A stretch of DNA of 63,847 bases, the filler included, from Octopus bimaculoides (lineage: Eukaryota): the NCBI RefSeq assembly GCF_001194135.2. It is 6 parts of 6 records of this genome, joined end to end, with 100 filler letters (N's around TTAATTAATTAA, not from the genome) between each part and the next. Parts side by side here need not be neighbours in the genome. Positions count along the whole stretch, not along the records: positions 51,985 to 61,072 come from NC_068981.1; positions 61,173 to 63,847 come from NC_068987.1; 4 more parts are not named here. One strand, written 5' to 3'. The first letter of the stretch is position 1; each line of letters opens with the position of its first letter. The notes below the pieces were generated by a model that worked only from the letters and a program-made list of their open reading frames with translations, searched no databases and was not told the DNA's origin. Shown in pieces: positions 60,359-63,847 of the stretch. The position numbers and the translations under genes were made by a program.

Positions 60359-60775
60359 TACAGGGTGTTTAGGCTAAATTTGGTAGTTTGCATAAAAGGC
60401 GAAATGTGCCATCTAAAGGGCATTACATAAAATGAAATAAAACCCAGCGAGATAACTACTAAGTTATGGTTGCCAGATGATAAGTAACTGCCGCGGCCAC
60501 ATGTCAGTTCCGGAACTAGGTGATGCGTTCTTCATTGTAAACAATCGGGGGTAATAGACCAGAATTTTGGGCTCATGAAGTCGTAGAAATTATGGGACAA
60601 CCATTGCTGCCTCTTTCCGAATGTATGGCAAGGAGCCATACATCCTGAAGTCACACATATGGCATACCGATAGCTACCCTCTTCAGCGAAGGATTTAACA
60701 CCCTCTCCAACAGCATCGCATAAGGGTCTGAATTGAGCCTAAGACCTTGTTCATCCGTTATTGGAAGAATTACGG
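60359..60775 (-). mobile_element. DD37D (maT)-like transposase remnant with 3' terminal repeat
   Basis: TA-CAGGGTGTTT terminus at 60359. Minus strand reads QGLRLNSDPYAMLLERVLNPSLKRVAIGMPYV*LQD[fs]APCHTFGKRQQWLSHNFYDFMSPKFW..TPDC. Confidence 0.8.
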
Positions 60776-60829
60776 CGTTCGTACGCAATGACAATGCCTG
60801 TTGTATTCCTTCCAGCTGGGAAACCTTCG

Positions 60830-61025
60830 GAGAAACGTTAGCACGCTGGGTGAAACACTTAGCGATATTTCGTATGTCTTTTCATTCTGAGTTCAAATTC
60901 CGCCGAGGTTGACTTTGCCTTTTATCCTTTTGGGGTCGATAAATTAAGTACCAATTGCGTACTGCGGCTGATCTAATTGACTGGCTCCCTCTCAAAAATT
61001 CCAGGCTTTGAGCCTAGAATAGAAA
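60830..61025 (+). repeat. SINE family B
   Basis: gaaacgttagcacgctggg...ctgagttcaaattccgccgaggttgactttgcc...ggggtcgataaattaagtacc. Confidence 0.85.
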
Positions 61026-61072
61026 TGAATAGATATAAATATTCAATAGATGTATTTACATACTGTGCATGT

Positions 61073-61172
61073 NNNNNNNNNNNNNNNNNNNNNNNNNNNN
61101 NNNNNNNNNNNNNNNNTTAATTAATTAANNNNNNNNNNNNNNNNNNNNNNNNNNNNNNNNNNNNNNNNNNNN
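61073..61172. other. Artificial assembly spacer
   Basis: 44N-TTAATTAATTAA-44N. Confidence 0.95.
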
Positions 61173-61403
61173 AGTAAATTTACTTTGGTAACTTTAATAG
61201 CTTTCGGCCAGTGTAAGCCCAGGCCATGTCTAACTCAATAGCACCACCTGGTGAAGTCTTGTAGTCATATACGGGGCACCATGGCCCACTCTAGCAAAGA
61301 GTTATTAATGTTGGAGACATATCCGGGTGTAAAAGATTAGTTCGGGATTTGGTGCCCCAGCATGGCCGCAGTCTAATGACAGAAACAAGTAAAAGAGTGA
61401 AAG

Positions 61404-61455
<52 letters not shown>

Positions 61456-61602
61456 TGTGTAATTATCTATGTAGACAGACAGGTTGGTAATTATGTAGGT
61501 ACGTAATTAGGCTGATGAATAGGTTCGCGTATGAGTATGTGTATTTATCTGTGTGTATATGTATATATTTATATATACATTCATATTTTGTCCGTATATA
61601 CC

Positions 61603-61644
<42 letters not shown>

Positions 61645-61689
61645 CCTCTGTGTGTGTGTGTGTGTGTGTGTGTGTTTGTGTGTGTAGTT

Positions 61690-62929
61690 GACATAGCTGA
61701 TCTGGGTTGTATCAGTGATGTTAATCCCCAACACACTATATTGGGCATAACGTTTGGCGCCCCTGATGTCATAGCGGCAATAAACGAAATTAAATACAAT
61801 TCAGCAATAGTCTCCTGATAGGTTCCCTGCATGTGTCCTGAAGGTGTGTCGACACCAACTTGCATCTCTTCTTGCTAATCTGTGGAGGAACTCACTGGAT
61901 GCTGGCTATATTCCTGAAAACTTTCTGTCCCAGTTTGTTGTCCTAGTTTTCAAAACGGGAAACAAGTCCCTTGCAGTGAACTACCGGCCGATCTCACTCA
62001 CCTCTCATATCATCAAGGTATTTGAGAAGGTGGTGAGATCACGAATAACCCATTTTCTTGGAAGCATCAGACTGCTGAACCCCAACCAACATGGGTTCCG
62101 TAATGGAAAGAACTGCCTAACGCAGCTCCTGCATCACTTTGATGACATTTTGAGAGCTTTGGGAGAGGGCTGCTACACCGATGTCATATACCTTGATTTC
62201 AGCGTGGCCTTTGACAGGGTTGATCATAAGATCCTCTTGAAAAAACTATCCAAAATTGGTGTCTCTGGAAAGTTACTACAATGGATCAAGTGTTTCCTGA
62301 CGGGCAGAACCCAACACGTTGTCGTCGAAGGAGTAAAATCAAGGCCAGCCAAAGTCAGTAGTGGTGTTCCTCAAGGCACTGTGTTGGGCCCACTTCTTTT
62401 TATCATCTATATCAATGACATTACTGACATCATCAAGCACAGCAACATAAGAATCTTTGCAGATGACTCCAAGATCCAGAAGGTCATCAAGGAAGTGGGT
62501 GACCGGGTATGCCTTCAGTCAGATCTACTGGCTGTCATCCAATGGGTGGAAAAGAATAATATGCTGCTGAACGAGGACAAATTTGAGTCAATCCACTTCG
62601 GAAAAGAGGATACTCTGAAACTACCATACCCCCTTCCTTCGGGTGAAATTCTCGTGGTATCCAACGACATCAGAGACTTGGGAGTAATTGTGGACAACAA
62701 CATATGCTGGGCCACTCATATAAACAGCAAAGCTTATATGGCCCGCAGAATGTGTTCCTGGATTCTCAGAACCTTCCAGTCGAGAGATATCCACACCATT
62801 ATCCTTCTCTTCTCCACTTTTGCCCGACCCCACCTTGAATACTGTTGTCCACAGTGGTCTCCTCACACAAAACAAAGTATCATGAAAATTGAAGCACCTC
62901 AAAGGTCAATTAAAAAGATAAATGGCATG
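61690..62929 (+). mobile_element. CR1/L2-like LINE ORF2 reverse transcriptase fragment
   Basis: About 360 open codons: NYRPISLTSHIIKVFEKVV, NQHGFR, DVIYLDFSVAFDRVDH, SGVPQGTVLGPLLFIIYINDI, FADDSK, RDLGVIVD, RPHLEYCCPQWSP. Frameshift near 61815; 5' end lost at (TG)n. Confidence 0.95.
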
Positions 62930-63000
62930 CAGGGCCGGATTAAGACCCATAGAGGCCCTAAGCACTTAAAAGGTGTTGATGCCCCCAAGTATATGTAAAT
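62930..63000. mobile_element. Probable hAT-like DNA element end inserted at the LINE break
   Basis: CAGGGCCGGATTAAG... begins where LINE similarity stops; CAGGGCCGG termini are typical of hAT-type MITEs. The partner TIR was not found. Confidence 0.5.
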
Positions 63001-63116
63001 GGTTCAAAATGTAAGCAAAAATAATTCCAAATGTAAACAATAATAAACCATAAAATAAATTTTCATTTTTTCAAAATGAAACAAAATTCACACGAATACA
63101 CAAATACATAGCTACT

Positions 63117-63345
63117 TTGAAAATATATAACCTCTTCGAAGGTTATACATTTGCAATCCAAGAACAGGAGATTGCTATGAAATGCCTAATGAACAAAAGA
63201 GACAGTGAAGCCGTTGGAGTTCTAAGATGCAACCGAAAATATAGATTGTGTCATATTCCTGTGGAAGACATCACACATGTGATTAGCAACTGCCGAACAA
63301 TGTCATCAAGGTACCTCTACCTCCCTATGGGACACAATGTTATCC
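63117..63345 (+). mobile_element. R4/Dong-like element C-terminal zinc-knuckle fragment
   Basis: EGYTFAIQEQEI...KYRLCHIPVEDITHVISNCRTMSSRYLYL..HN, matching EGfifAIQdQ...CRLC...E.i.Hi.s.C......Y..RHN. Confidence 0.75.
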
Positions 63346-63367
63346 GGTAAAAGACTGTCCTTAGGCC

Positions 63368-63674
63368 CATTGTCTTCTACTATAGCCTCGGACCGACCAA
63401 AGCCTTGTGAGTGGACTTAGTAGACGGAAACTGAAAGAAGCCTGTCATATATATATATATATATATATATATTCTTTTATTCTTTTATTCTTTTACTTGT
63501 TTCAGTCGTTTGGCTGCGGCAATACTGGATCACCGCCTTTAGTCGAACAAATCGACCCCAGGACTTATTCTTTGTTAGCCTAGTACTTATTCTATCGGTC
63601 TCTTTTTGCCGAACCGCTAAGTTACAGGGACGTAAACACACCAGCATCGGTTGTCAAGCGATGTTGCACATACA

Positions 63675-63725
<51 letters not shown>

Positions 63726-63847
63726 TTTCGACGGGCTTCTTTCAGTATCCGTCTATCAAATCCACTCACAAGGCTTTGGTCGGCCCGAGGCTATAGTAGA
63801 AGACACTTTTCCAAAGTGCCACGCAGTGGGAGTAAACCCGGAACCAT
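63368..63847. repeat. Two SINE family A copies in convergent orientation
   Basis: Plus-strand fragment at 63368-63450; minus-strand near-full copy from 63471 to the window end. Confidence 0.88.

Overview
AT-rich, microsatellite- and transposon-dense eukaryotic genomic DNA with many N gaps. The SINE and LINE families look cephalopod (Octopus-like); this is an inference. Five identical 100-bp spacers (44N-TTAATTAATTAA-44N) show that at least six assembly pieces were joined artificially. The only host gene I can support is a partial minus-strand CNNM/DUF21-CBS magnesium-transporter-family gene. It has five exons (13187-12929, 11144-11085, 7688-7481, 4556-4449, 877-667) that splice in frame with GT-AG boundaries into about 282 codons. 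The first coding exon was not found and the 3' exons lie beyond position 1. The protein resembles plant/fungal (At4g14240/Mam3-type) DUF21 proteins more than canonical animal CNNM1-4. The rest is fossil mobile DNA: RTE, R4/Dong-like and CR1/L2-like LINEs, a Gypsy integrase, mariner, Tc1, DD37D-like, DD41D-like and Tigger transposases, a piggyBac-like MITE, a hAT-like end, and three tRNA-derived SINE families. Noteworthy observations: an R4/Dong-like fragment joined to a (TAA)n array; inverted RTE tails bracketing three CNNM exons; CpG decay restricted to the gene-body piece; several hairpins and foldbacks; a tandem SINE array with swapped tails; and an orphan CRE/E-box/ETS/GC-box promoter-like cluster at 47.8 kb. 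I found no convincing wholly new system; these are leads, not proofs.
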